Assembly (NCBI GenBank): GCA_963790475.1
Contig: CAWBOS010000010.1
Coordinates: 384,001-448,000 of the forward strand
Length of the DNA: 64,000 nt
From: an uncultured delta proteobacterium
Lineage (GTDB): Bacteria > Desulfobacterota > RBG-13-43-22
Direction: 5' to 3'
A program made the position numbers and the translations under genes. Positions 38,580 to 48,127 of the stretch are shown here, in pieces. Numbering within the stretch: the first letter of the stretch is position 1; each line of letters opens with the position of its first letter. The notes under the pieces were generated by a model. It saw only the letters and a program-made list of their open reading frames with translations, was not told the origin of the DNA and ran no database searches.

Positions 38580-39290
38580 TTATCTCCATCTCCTTGATTC
38601 CAGAGATCGAAGGGTCAAGAAAAGAAAAACAATAACCAGACTCAGGTAGTAAATAACGCCGTTGCTGTCGATAATCCCGCGGCTGAAAGCCGGAAAATAA
38701 GTGGAGACCGAGATGAGTCGAAATATCCGGAAGGTCTCAACCCCGGCCAGGCCTTCCATCAGTCCGATAAACCAAAGGAAAAGAATCAGGGCGCTGCCCA
38801 TCACATAGGCCACGATTTGATTCGAGGTCAGAGAGGAGGTGAAGAGGCCTATGGACAGAAAAATGGCCCCTAACAAGAATAGCCCCAGATATCCGCTGAA
38901 CAGGGGTCCAAGATCCGGATGACCAAACCCAAAGAGCAGCAGGGGATATAAAAAAGTAAGGAACAGCATCAAGGAAAAAACGACCAAGGCGGCGAAGAAC
39001 TTCCCTAAAACGATCTCAAGGTCCCGCAGGGGTGCGGTCAGAAGGAGTTCCAGGGTACCCAATTTTTCTTCCTCGGCAAATAAACGCACCGTCAGTGCCG
39101 GGCCGAGAAACAGGAGGAAAAACTGGCTCCATTCCAGAAATCCCTGGATCGAAGATTCCAGAAAAGTGGCCGGAGACCAGCCAAAGCCGTATCCGGAAAT
39201 AAACAGAAAGACGGCAATGATGATATAAAACGAAGGGGCGCCTAAATACCCTCGAATTTCCTTTCCGGCGATGGCAACGATGTTTCTCAA
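38580..39290 (-). CDS. ABC-2 type permease (GldF-like)
   Basis: RLFAEEEKLGTLELLLTAP..D.EIVLGKF, SSLTSNQIVA. Confidence 0.88.
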   Translation of the reverse strand: MRNIVAIAGKEIRGYLGAPSFYIIIAVFLFISGYGFGWSPATFLESSIQGFLEWSQFFLLFLGPALTVRLFAEEEKLGTLELLLTAPLRDLEIVLGKFFAALVVFSLMLFLTFLYPLLLFGFGHPDLGPLFSGYLGLFLLGAIFLSIGLFTSSLTSNQIVAYVMGSALILFLWFIGLMEGLAGVETFRIFRLISVSTYFPAFSRGIIDSNGVIYYLSLVIVFLFLTLRSLESRRWR

Positions 39291-39294
39291 AAGG

Positions 39295-40230
39295 CTACTC
39301 TTCCTCGATAGCGGTCAATCTAAGAAAAATATCTTCCAGGCTCATCTCCTGCGACTTTAAGCCCAGCAGACGAAATCCCCCGTCCTTGACGGCCGAAGAC
39401 AATTCATCCCGGATATCCAGACCCGATAGGGATTCCACCCAAAAGCGGGTCGTTTGACCCTCGTCTTTTACTTTTATTTTTATCACGCCCTTGACCCCCA
39501 TAAGGCGGGCGAGAATCTTTTCTTTGGGCCCGGCAGCCTCGATTTCATAATGCTGGACCCCTCCAAAAGCAGCCGACATTTTTTCCGGACGATCCATGGC
39601 TACGATTTTACCTCGATCCATGACGATGATTCTATCACAGACCAGGCTTACTTCCGGGAGGATGTGGCTGCTGAGTATTATCGTATGCTCCTGGCCTAAT
39701 TCCTGGATGAGCCGTCTGATTTGAACGACCTGCCGGGGATCGATGCCGATTGTCGGTTCGTCCAGGATCAGGACTTCCGGTTCATGGATAATAGCCTGGG
39801 CGATACCAACAAGCTGTCTATATCCTTTGGACAACTTAGAGATAGGGGAATGGGAATAATCATCGAGACGGCAGGTATGAATAATTTCCTTAATTCGGTC
39901 TTCTCTCCGTCGCCCGGTCAGTCCCCGGATGGTGGCCAGAAACCGCAGGAAGGCACTCACCGTCATCTCTTTATAAAGGGGTACGCTTTCGGGGAGATAA
40001 CCTACACGCCGGCGGACCTCGATGGATTGGGTTTGGATGTCGAAACCAGCCACCCGGACCGTGCCGGAACCGGGTGGAAGAAAGGCGGTCAGAATACGCA
40101 TGGTGGTGGTTTTACCGGCACCGTTGGGCCCGAGAAACCCGACAATTTCTCCCTTTTCAACCTTAAAGCTCACGTCCTTGAGGGCCTGAAAATTGCCGTA
40201 ATATTTATTTAGTTTTTCGACTTCTATCAT
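39295..40230 (-). CDS. ABC transporter ATP-binding protein (GldA-like)
   Basis: GPNGAGKTT, LSKGYRQ, ILDEPT.G.DP.Q, SSHIL, C-terminal SLEDIFL.LT. Confidence 0.9.
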   Translation of the reverse strand: MIEVEKLNKYYGNFQALKDVSFKVEKGEIVGFLGPNGAGKTTTMRILTAFLPPGSGTVRVAGFDIQTQSIEVRRRVGYLPESVPLYKEMTVSAFLRFLATIRGLTGRRREDRIKEIIHTCRLDDYSHSPISKLSKGYRQLVGIAQAIIHEPEVLILDEPTIGIDPRQVVQIRRLIQELGQEHTIILSSHILPEVSLVCDRIIVMDRGKIVAMDRPEKMSAAFGGVQHYEIEAAGPKEKILARLMGVKGVIKIKVKDEGQTTRFWVESLSGLDIRDELSSAVKDGGFRLLGLKSQEMSLEDIFLRLTAIEEE

Positions 40231-40261
40231 TGACTGTCTCGCATGATTCAAATCGAAGATC

Positions 40262-41236
40262 CTAAGAAGAAGGCCGATGGCAGGCCACATAGTGACCAGG
40301 GGATACTTCCTGTAGTAAAGGGATTTCGACCAGGCATTCCTTTTCAGCTACCGGGCATCGGGTGTGAAACCGGCATCCGGGAGGGATGTGCAACGGGCTG
40401 GGTACTTCTCCCGAGAGGATGATTCCTTTTTCCCGGTCATCGGGGTGTGAGGGTAAGGCGGCGGAGAGTAAGGCCTGGGTATAAGGATGCAATGGATTTC
40501 GGTGCAACTCCTCACTTTCGGCTTTTTCCACCAGCTTTCCCAGGTACATGACCCCTATCCGGTCACTCATGTGTTTGACCACCGCCAGGTCGTGGGCGAT
40601 AAGTAAATAAGTCAAACCAAATTTTTCTTGAATATCTTTCAAAAGATTCATGATCTGGGCCCGGATAGAAACATCCAGGGCCGATACCGGTTCATCCAGG
40701 AGGATCAGCTTGGGATTCAGGGCCAGGGCCCTGGCTACGGCAATCCTCTGACGCTGGCCGCCGCTGAATTCATGGGGATAGCGTTCGGCATGGTCGGCCT
40801 GCAGTCCCACCACGTCCAGGACGGCGGAAGTTTTTTCCTTGATCTCTTTCCGGGTAAATTCGGTATTGACAATGAGGGGCTCGGCAATAATAGAACCGAC
40901 CTTCATTCGGGGACTCAAAGAACTGTAAGGATCCTGAAAGACGGCCTGGACCTGGCTTCGATATCTTTTATGTTCCAGATCGGACATCTTTCCTATATCA
41001 TGCCCTTCGAACAGGATGCTGCCCCCGGTTACACTTTCCAGTAGCAGGATCAGTTTGGAAGTGGTGGTCTTGCCGCATCCGGATTCACCCACCAGACCAA
41101 AGGTCTCTCCCTTGGTGATGGTAAAATCAATACCGTCGACGGCCTTGATGGCCCCGATCTGCTTCATAAAAATAAGGCCTTTGGATATGGGGAAGTGTTT
41201 GGTCAGGTTTTGTACTTCCAGGATATAATTTTCCAT
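40262..41236 (-). CDS. Oligopeptide/dipeptide ABC transporter ATP-binding protein (OppF/DppF)
   Basis: GESGCGKTT, YPHEFSGGQRQR, DEPVSALD, HPYT, GCRFHTRCP; start MENYILEV at 41236. Confidence 0.92.
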   Translation of the reverse strand: MENYILEVQNLTKHFPISKGLIFMKQIGAIKAVDGIDFTITKGETFGLVGESGCGKTTTSKLILLLESVTGGSILFEGHDIGKMSDLEHKRYRSQVQAVFQDPYSSLSPRMKVGSIIAEPLIVNTEFTRKEIKEKTSAVLDVVGLQADHAERYPHEFSGGQRQRIAVARALALNPKLILLDEPVSALDVSIRAQIMNLLKDIQEKFGLTYLLIAHDLAVVKHMSDRIGVMYLGKLVEKAESEELHRNPLHPYTQALLSAALPSHPDDREKGIILSGEVPSPLHIPPGCRFHTRCPVAEKECLVEIPLLQEVSPGHYVACHRPSS

Positions 41237-41243
41237 TCGAATT

Positions 41244-42218
41244 TTATCTCTGCACGGCCAGCCAACAGGATAGGGCATGCCCTTCGGCAGGCACCGACTC
41301 AGGGGGAATCTCCTCTCGACAGATCTTCTTCGCTTCAGAACACCGGGGTGCGAAGCTGCATCCCGGTGGCAGGTTTCCAAGGTCGGGCGGTTGACCTTTT
41401 ATGGAGGGAAGCCTTTTGAGATTTTTATCCAGTCTGGGCAGAGAGCTCATCAGCGCCCGGGTATAGGGATGTCGGGGATGGTCAAAGATCTCCCGTATAG
41501 GTGCGGTTTCAACCATTTTCCCGGCATACATGACCGCCACACGGTCGCAGATTTTGGCCACAATACCGAAATCGTGGGTGACGACGATCAAGGCTAAGTT
41601 AAACTCCTTTTGGATGTCTTGAAGTAATTGGAGGAACTGGGCCTGTATGGTCACATCCAGGGCGGTGGTCGGTTCGTCGGCGATCAGCAGTTTGGGTTGG
41701 CAGCTCAAGGCCATGGCCCCGACAATCCTTTGTCTCATCCCGCCGCTCATCTGGTGGGGGTACTCCCCGACCCGTATTTCCGGCAAAGGGATCTTGACCC
41801 GGGCCAGCATCTCCTGGGCCTTTTCCCAGGCCGATTTCCTGTCCAGCCCCTGATGGATCATGATCGGCTCCGCCAATTGATTGCCGATGGTGAATACCGG
41901 GTTCAAAGAGGTCATCGGGTCCTGCAGGATCATGGAGATCTCCGCGCCGCGAATCTTTCTCATTTCTTTGATGCTTTTTAACAGAAGATCTTCACCGTTC
42001 AGAAAAATCTCTCCGGAGACGATGCGCCCGGCCGGCGGAGGGACGAGCCGGAGGAGAGACAAGCAGGTGATGCTCTTCCCGGAACCTGATTCTCCCACAA
42101 TCCCCAGAGTCTCCCCTTCGCCCACCTGGAAACTAACCCCGTCAACGGCCTTGACTACACCGCTTCGGGTAAAAAAATGGGTTTTAAGATTCTTTACTTC
42201 TAGAGTTTTGTTAATCAA
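41244..42218 (-). CDS. Oligopeptide/dipeptide ABC transporter ATP-binding protein (OppD/DppD)
   Basis: GESGSGKS, QDPMTSLNP, YPHQMSGGMRQR, DEPTTALD, GCSFAPRC. Start uncertain (TTG 42218 with GGAAGG RBS; ORF open to 42239). Confidence 0.92.
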   Translation of the reverse strand: MINKTLEVKNLKTHFFTRSGVVKAVDGVSFQVGEGETLGIVGESGSGKSITCLSLLRLVPPPAGRIVSGEIFLNGEDLLLKSIKEMRKIRGAEISMILQDPMTSLNPVFTIGNQLAEPIMIHQGLDRKSAWEKAQEMLARVKIPLPEIRVGEYPHQMSGGMRQRIVGAMALSCQPKLLIADEPTTALDVTIQAQFLQLLQDIQKEFNLALIVVTHDFGIVAKICDRVAVMYAGKMVETAPIREIFDHPRHPYTRALMSSLPRLDKNLKRLPSIKGQPPDLGNLPPGCSFAPRCSEAKKICREEIPPESVPAEGHALSCWLAVQR

Positions 42219-42268
42219 AGCTTTCCTTCCGCGCCCCAAAAAATCATTTCCAGTATGCTAAAAAAACT

Positions 42269-42369
42269 GTCACTCCGGCGGATCCCGGATCAGGTCCGGG
42301 ACAGGCGCCGGAGTCCAGACCCAGTAATAACTCCTTATCCACCTGGATTCCGGCTTTCGCCGGAATGAC
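42269..42369. repeat. REP-like palindromic element (same family as 28153-28230) with an extra hairpin in its loop
   Basis: GTCACTCCGGCG-[GATCCCGGATCAGGTCCGGGACAGG]-CGCCGGAGTCCAG...CTGGATTCCGGCTTTCGCCGGAATGAC. Confidence 0.78.
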
Positions 42370-42400
42370 GTGCAGGTGGGTTTTTAAGACATAAGAACCA

Positions 42401-43306
42401 TTAGAGGCGTGTCTGTCGAAATTTAGGATCCAGCCGAACCCGGAACCAGTCTCCCAGGAGGTTAAAGCTTAGGACCACCAGGAGAATGGCAATCCCGGGC
42501 CAGAGGCTGAGCCACCAGGCCTGACCGATATAATTCCGGCCTTCGCTAATCATCGAGCCCCAGGCCGGATCCGGAGGGGGGATCCCCAGGCCTAAGAAAC
42601 TCAAGGAGGCCTCGGCGATAATGACCACCCCCAGACTGAGGGTGGCCAACACGACCAGGCTGTTGACGATATTGGGAAAGATATGCCTGAGCATGATCCT
42701 GGTCTGGCTGCATCCGGCCACAATGGCCAGGCGGATGAAGTCGCCTTCTTTGAGTTTAAGCACTTCGGAGCGGAGCACCCGGGCATACCAGGCCCAGAAT
42801 ACCCCGGCCAGGACAATGATCAGATTATATTTGCTGGCCCCCAAGATAGCCGACAGGGTTACGGCCACGATTAGGAAGGGCATGGAAAGCACCATATCGA
42901 CCAGCCGCGCAATCAACATATCAGTTTTTCCCCCGAGATAGCCCCCTATTATGGCCAGCGTGGCCCCCAGTAAACCGGAAAAGACTACGACCATAATCCC
43001 GACTTCCAAAGAGGCCCCGGCGCCGACGATCATGCGGCTCAAAATGTCTCTTCCCAGATGGTCCGTGCCCAGAGGATAGGTCCAGAGCCCGCCGGTCATC
43101 CAGCAGGGAGGGGTGAGGGCCAAGCGAAAAGAGGTCCCTGTCGGATCATGGGGGGCGATCAGCTTTCCGAAAACACCACAGATGATAAAAATAATTATGG
43201 TGATGACGGGAAAGCGGGGGGCCTGTCCAATGGCGGAAATAATTTTTCTAAAAGGGATCTTTTGGATCAGTTCCAAGATCCGATGGGGTCTTTCTTCATC
43301 CGACAA
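42401..43306 (-). CDS. Peptide ABC transporter permease (OppC/DppC)
   Basis: PLGTDHLGRDILSR, ARVLRSEVL, RHIFPN, EASLSFLGLG, WGSMISEGR. Confidence 0.92.
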   Translation of the reverse strand: MSDEERPHRILELIQKIPFRKIISAIGQAPRFPVITIIIFIICGVFGKLIAPHDPTGTSFRLALTPPCWMTGGLWTYPLGTDHLGRDILSRMIVGAGASLEVGIMVVVFSGLLGATLAIIGGYLGGKTDMLIARLVDMVLSMPFLIVAVTLSAILGASKYNLIIVLAGVFWAWYARVLRSEVLKLKEGDFIRLAIVAGCSQTRIMLRHIFPNIVNSLVVLATLSLGVVIIAEASLSFLGLGIPPPDPAWGSMISEGRNYIGQAWWLSLWPGIAILLVVLSFNLLGDWFRVRLDPKFRQTRL

Positions 43307-43327
43307 ATGAGAAACACTCCTTCTTTT

Positions 43328-44245
43328 TTAATGATACCTGATTCGGGGATCCAGGTAAGCATACAAAATGTCCACGATCAGATTGGCAAAAACAAAAAAG
43401 CTGGAGGATATCAGGACACACATCTGAACCACCGGATAATCCCGTCCAAAAATGGATTCAACCACCAGTCTCCCCAGGCCGGGCCAGTTAAAGACCGTTT
43501 CAATAATCATGGTCCCGTTCATCAGGGTTACGAATTGTAAGGCCGATACGGTAACCACCGGGGCGGCGGCATTTTTAAAGGCATGTTTTAAGATGACCTT
43601 GTACTCGGCCACTCCCTTGATCCGGGCCATTTTGAGATACTCGGCATCGAGGACATCGAGCATGGCCGATCGGCTCAAGCGGGTCAGTATCGCCATGGTG
43701 CCCCAGCCGAGGGTAAAGGCGGGCATGAGATAGTTTCTCCAGTCCCCCATCCCCGAGGTTGGTAGAATCCTGAACTGGGTGGAAAAAAGGATGATCAGCA
43801 GAATACCTACCCAGAAACCGGGCAGGGCCTGTCCCATCAGGGCGAATATCTTGCCGAAATTGTCAAATTTTCTGCCGACCTGTACGGAAGAATAAATGCC
43901 GATGGGGACCCCGAATATCAAGGCAAACCCCATACTGGCGATGGCCAGCTTCAGGGTGTTGGGAAACCGGTCCCAAAACATCTCGATGGCCGGCATATTC
44001 CCCCGGATGGATTTCCCGAAATCGCCCTGGACCACCCCGGAAACATACTTCCAATATTGGACATAAATGGGTTTGTCAAAACCGTAGTCAATCCGAATTT
44101 TTTCCAGATCTTCCCGGGTGGCGCTCTGAGGGGCCATGAGCGCGACCGGATCTCCGGTGAGGTGGGTTAACAGAAAAACGATCATCGATATCCCGATTAT
44201 CGTGATCAGGGCCTGCCCGAGTCGTTTAAGAATATAACGCTTCAT
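43328..44245 (-). CDS. Peptide ABC transporter permease (OppB/DppB)
   Basis: GDP, GFDKP...QY, GDFGKS, RLSRSAML, ARIKG, ETVFNWPGLG, D.LYAYLDPRI. Confidence 0.92.
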   Translation of the reverse strand: MKRYILKRLGQALITIIGISMIVFLLTHLTGDPVALMAPQSATREDLEKIRIDYGFDKPIYVQYWKYVSGVVQGDFGKSIRGNMPAIEMFWDRFPNTLKLAIASMGFALIFGVPIGIYSSVQVGRKFDNFGKIFALMGQALPGFWVGILLIILFSTQFRILPTSGMGDWRNYLMPAFTLGWGTMAILTRLSRSAMLDVLDAEYLKMARIKGVAEYKVILKHAFKNAAAPVVTVSALQFVTLMNGTMIIETVFNWPGLGRLVVESIFGRDYPVVQMCVLISSSFFVFANLIVDILYAYLDPRIRYH

Positions 44246-44710
44246 ATATTCCCTTGGGGTTAAGAAACCAACAGCCGGGTATATATACTCTCAATCTGTT
44301 TTATGACATTTTATCGCAGGTAAAATCAGGTCATAAAATCCGTGGTAAGGATGCACCCGAAAATAGCCACATCAGAACATCGGTGTATTTTCATAGCATC
44401 TAACTTTCACAAAAACAACTTTTTTTTATCACCTTGTCCTTTCTTTTATCAACGGTTCTACCTTTGAATCGTTTTAACCATGATTCCGGTTGGGTCCTAT
44501 CCTGTCCCAGTCTCTTATAGATGTTGGCCGTTTCCATATTTTTTCTTGACTCTTTCTTATTTTCTTATATTCTTTAATCCAAAATCCAAGAAGCAAACGA
44601 CCGATTGCTGTGACCAGGAAACAAGACATCTCAGACCGATGACATCATTGAGACGTTTTTTATTGTAGAAAAATCCCCAATACAGGCATCAAACAAAAGG
44701 AGGTCCGTGA

Positions 44711-46273
44711 ATGGCTGGAATCAGGATAAGGAATTTTCTTTTTTTGTGCTTCCTAACCTTAATATTGTCAATACTCCTCACCCCATCTTTGGGAATGGCC
44801 ATACCCCCCAAGGGGGAAGTAGTCTTTGCCACCTCTTCCGGCAGTTTTTTTCAGGTTGGCGGCGACCCGGCGACCCACACCAGCGGTTTCCCCGTCCTGG
44901 CCAGGACCGTTTTCGACTCCCTGGACTACGCCGATCATGAAGGAAAGTTGCTTCCAGCCCTGGCTAAATCTTGGAAGATCGCTCCGGATTGGAAATATAT
45001 TGATTTTTTCCTCCGGGACGATGTCACCTTTCATAACGGTGATAAGTTTACGGCCGAGGATGTAAAATTCAGCCTGGAAACCTACATGCGCAAGGATCTC
45101 AAGTTTCTCTTTGCCCCCTTGTGGTCACGGAACATCACTAATATAGAGATTCTTGGTCCCTATCATGTCCGCGTCCATATGAAGGGCCCGGACCCTGGAT
45201 TCATGGGCCGCCTCTGGTGGGCCGGAGGTATGATGCCCAAAAAATATCGGGAAAAGGTGGGCGATAAAGGCTTCGCCGACAAACCGATCGGCACCGGGCC
45301 ATTCAAATGGGTGGAATATAAGCAGGATTCGTACTGGAAGGTTGAGGCCGTTAAAAAACATTTCCGGCACACCCCGGTCATAAAGACTCTCAAAATGGTC
45401 TATGTGCCCGATCCGGCTACCCGCCTGGCCATGATCAAGGCCGGTGAGGCGGACATCACCAATGTTATTCCACCTCATGTCGCAGAGGTAAGATCAGACC
45501 CGAACCTGCGTTTGGAGTATGACAAATACGTTTCCCTGACCTGTCTGATTTTTGCCGATTTGAACAACGCGAAAGAACCGAGTCCGTTCAAAGATATCCG
45601 GGTCCGGGAAGCGGCCAGCCTGGCTATCGACCGTGAAGGGATTACCAAAAAAGTTCTCTTTGGGGTTTCCGAACCCTATGGTGACTTCTGCTCTCCCATT
45701 ACCCTGGGACATGATCCGTCGATAAAACCCGATCCCTATAATCCTGAAAGGGCCAAGAAACTCCTGGGCGAGGCGGGATATTCGAAGGGTTTTGAGACCG
45801 TGTTATCGGTCACCCCGGCTGACCGCTATTGGGCCGAAGCCATTGCCTTCAACCTGGGGGAGGTGGGAATAAAAACAAAAATCGACCTTATGGAAGCCGG
45901 GGCTTGGGTCCAAAAATACTTAGGAAGAAATTTCCGCGGACTGATCCCCAAGGGACTCTGGTATCACGCCGAGAGATCGCCATCGGCTGATGCCTCCGAT
46001 GACTTTCTGGAATATATGCCCTGGGCCTACAACACCACCCCGGAAATCAATAAGGCGGTTGTGGAAGGCATGAAGGCCTTGACCGACGCCGAAGATGTGG
46101 CCGCTGGAAAGAAAATTTCCAAGGCCATCCGGGAAAGCCGCAACAGGGTCCTTCTCTGGGCCAACCACATACCCTTTGCCTTGAGCACCAGAGTCGAGTA
46201 TTGGGAACCGGAGATCGGGGCCTTGCCACCCAGCGCCTTTGAAATGATTCGGTTGAAGAAGCAATATCAATAA
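44711..46273 (+). CDS. Family 5 (peptide/nickel) ABC substrate-binding protein
   Basis: Signal peptide; PALAKSW, FHNG...TAEDVKFS, PIGTGPF, D.RVREA..LAIDR, YNPERAKKLL.EAGY. Confidence 0.9.
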   Translation: MAGIRIRNFLFLCFLTLILSILLTPSLGMAIPPKGEVVFATSSGSFFQVGGDPATHTSGFPVLARTVFDSLDYADHEGKLLPALAKSWKIAPDWKYIDFFLRDDVTFHNGDKFTAEDVKFSLETYMRKDLKFLFAPLWSRNITNIEILGPYHVRVHMKGPDPGFMGRLWWAGGMMPKKYREKVGDKGFADKPIGTGPFKWVEYKQDSYWKVEAVKKHFRHTPVIKTLKMVYVPDPATRLAMIKAGEADITNVIPPHVAEVRSDPNLRLEYDKYVSLTCLIFADLNNAKEPSPFKDIRVREAASLAIDREGITKKVLFGVSEPYGDFCSPITLGHDPSIKPDPYNPERAKKLLGEAGYSKGFETVLSVTPADRYWAEAIAFNLGEVGIKTKIDLMEAGAWVQKYLGRNFRGLIPKGLWYHAERSPSADASDDFLEYMPWAYNTTPEINKAVVEGMKALTDAEDVAAGKKISKAIRESRNRVLLWANHIPFALSTRVEYWEPEIGALPPSAFEMIRLKKQYQ

Positions 46274-46288
46274 TAGCGATAAAGAGGT

Positions 46289-46362
46289 TCCCGGCTTGAG
46301 GCCGGGAGATAAAAAAGCATCTCCGGAAAGGCGAAAAATATGATCCTCTCCGGAGATGCTTT
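46289..46362. terminator. Hairpins between convergent SBP genes (probable bidirectional terminator)
   Basis: TCCCGGC-TTGAG-GCCGGGA (46289-307) and a perfect 14-bp IR AAAGCATCTCCGGA / TCCGGAGATGCTTT (46314-62). Confidence 0.65.
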
Positions 46363-46391
46363 CAGGCTGACTCTGCTATCTCTTATCTGTT

Positions 46392-47942
46392 CTAATCCTT
46401 CACCTTCATATACTCAAAACGGGTGGCCGGGTAGGACCCTAATTGCTGGTCCCACTGGACGATTTTTTTATTGGTGCCATAATTCGCAAAAAGGGACCAG
46501 AGATGCATGTTGACCCGACTTTCCCGGATGACCTTGGAAAGTTTCCGGCCCCATTCTGCCGCCTCCTTATCATTCTTGGCCGCCATAGTTTGTTTGAGGG
46601 CGTCATCGATCTCCTTGTTGGTAACATAGGCATAGGGGGCTTGCAGGGCATAGCCGTCTTCCAGGTCGGCCCCGGCGTTTTGTTCGGCATCATACCAAGA
46701 ATTTCGCACGATAAGACCTCGCAGTTTTTTGCCGATAACGGCGGAAGTTATAGCGGCGGTTTCCCAGATTTTTATGTCGGCTTTAATACCGACATCGGCC
46801 AGATTGGCGGCGATGGCCTCCACCCAATATCTTTGGCCCGCGGTAGCGTTGAAGATGGTCTGGAATCCAGTGGGGTAGCCGGCCTTGGCCAACAACTCTT
46901 TGGCCTTCGCCGGATCATAAGGATCGGGCTTGACCGTTGGGTCCCAGCCCATACTGTAGGGAGACATCACCTCACCATAGGGCTCGGCTCCGCCGAAGAG
47001 CACTTTGTCGCAGATCCCCTTGCGATCGACGGCCAGGCTGGCCGCTTCACGGACCCGGATATCCTGAAAGGGGCTTTTTTCCTCCGGAAAGGGAAGATCG
47101 GCGTAGCCCAGGGTCTGGCCGATGATGTGCTTGATTTGAATGAGTTTCAGATTAGGGTCCGATTTGACCTGGGGAATATGCGGGCCGGCCAGGACGATGA
47201 TATCGGCTTCTCCGGCCTTCAACATGGCCAGCCTGGTCGAGTTATCTTCCACATAGACGATTTTAAGAGTCTTGAATTCAGGGGTCTTGCGGTGATGCTT
47301 GGGCAGGGCTTCCATGGTCATATACTGGTCCTGTTTATAATCCACCCACTTGAATGGCCCCGAACCGATCGGTTTGTCGGCAAAGCCGGCATCTCCGACC
47401 TTTTCCCGGTATTTTTTGGGCATGATCGCCCCATCCCACCACAGGCGTTTCCATAAATCGGGGGCCGGCATTTTAAGATTAAATCGTACCTTGTAAGGAC
47501 CGAGGACCTCGATACTTTTGATCTTGGAGCGATAGCCAAACCCCACGACTAATCTTAATTCCGGACGCATGAGCGTTTCGAAACTGAATTTCACATCCTC
47601 GGCCGTCAGGGGATCGCCGTTGTGGAATTTAATTCCTTGGTTAAGATCAAAATCAACATAACTCCAGTCGGGGGCGATCTTCCACGATTTGGCTACCGAG
47701 GGGATAGAGGACAGGTTTACGCCGATATCGATCAAACCTTCAAAAACCGTGGTGGCGATCAACGGCCCCGATCCGCCGAAATGAGAGGCCGGATCGCCTC
47801 CCCTTTGGTAGAAGATGCCTAAGTTGCTGGCATAGACGACCTGCCCTTTCTGGGCGGAATGTCCGCTCAAAGGAAATATCATCAATAAAAGAAGCCACCC
47901 CATCAAATGAACGATTGCCTGTTTACTCCTGTTTGGTTTCAT
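46392..47942 (-). CDS. Family 5 ABC substrate-binding protein (paralogue of 44711-46273)
   Basis: Same motif set, e.g. MPKKYREKVGDAGFADKPIGSGPFKWVDYKQD. Confidence 0.9.
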   Translation of the reverse strand: MKPNRSKQAIVHLMGWLLLLMIFPLSGHSAQKGQVVYASNLGIFYQRGGDPASHFGGSGPLIATTVFEGLIDIGVNLSSIPSVAKSWKIAPDWSYVDFDLNQGIKFHNGDPLTAEDVKFSFETLMRPELRLVVGFGYRSKIKSIEVLGPYKVRFNLKMPAPDLWKRLWWDGAIMPKKYREKVGDAGFADKPIGSGPFKWVDYKQDQYMTMEALPKHHRKTPEFKTLKIVYVEDNSTRLAMLKAGEADIIVLAGPHIPQVKSDPNLKLIQIKHIIGQTLGYADLPFPEEKSPFQDIRVREAASLAVDRKGICDKVLFGGAEPYGEVMSPYSMGWDPTVKPDPYDPAKAKELLAKAGYPTGFQTIFNATAGQRYWVEAIAANLADVGIKADIKIWETAAITSAVIGKKLRGLIVRNSWYDAEQNAGADLEDGYALQAPYAYVTNKEIDDALKQTMAAKNDKEAAEWGRKLSKVIRESRVNMHLWSLFANYGTNKKIVQWDQQLGSYPATRFEYMKVKD

Positions 47943-48127
47943 CCCAATCCTCCTTTTTGCTCTGATCTCTCGTTTTCGGATAAGATTTCACAACGGATTT
48001 GATCTTTATAGGACTTATTTAAACCTATCTAAAATGGTAATTTGATTTGAGGGAAATGGCACTTCTTAATAAGAAAATTATATTGGTACTGAAATGACCT
48101 GTCAAGAGAATTTGAACCGACGATTCT

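Noticed and set aside
36948-40230. Gliding-motility locus
   Set aside because: Only GldA/F/G-like ABC components are present; no motor or T9SS genes are in the window and these families are common in non-gliding bacteria.
48056-48072. TGGCAC as a sigma54 -24 element
   Set aside because: No TTGC at the -12 position, and the orientation does not fit the adjacent gene start.
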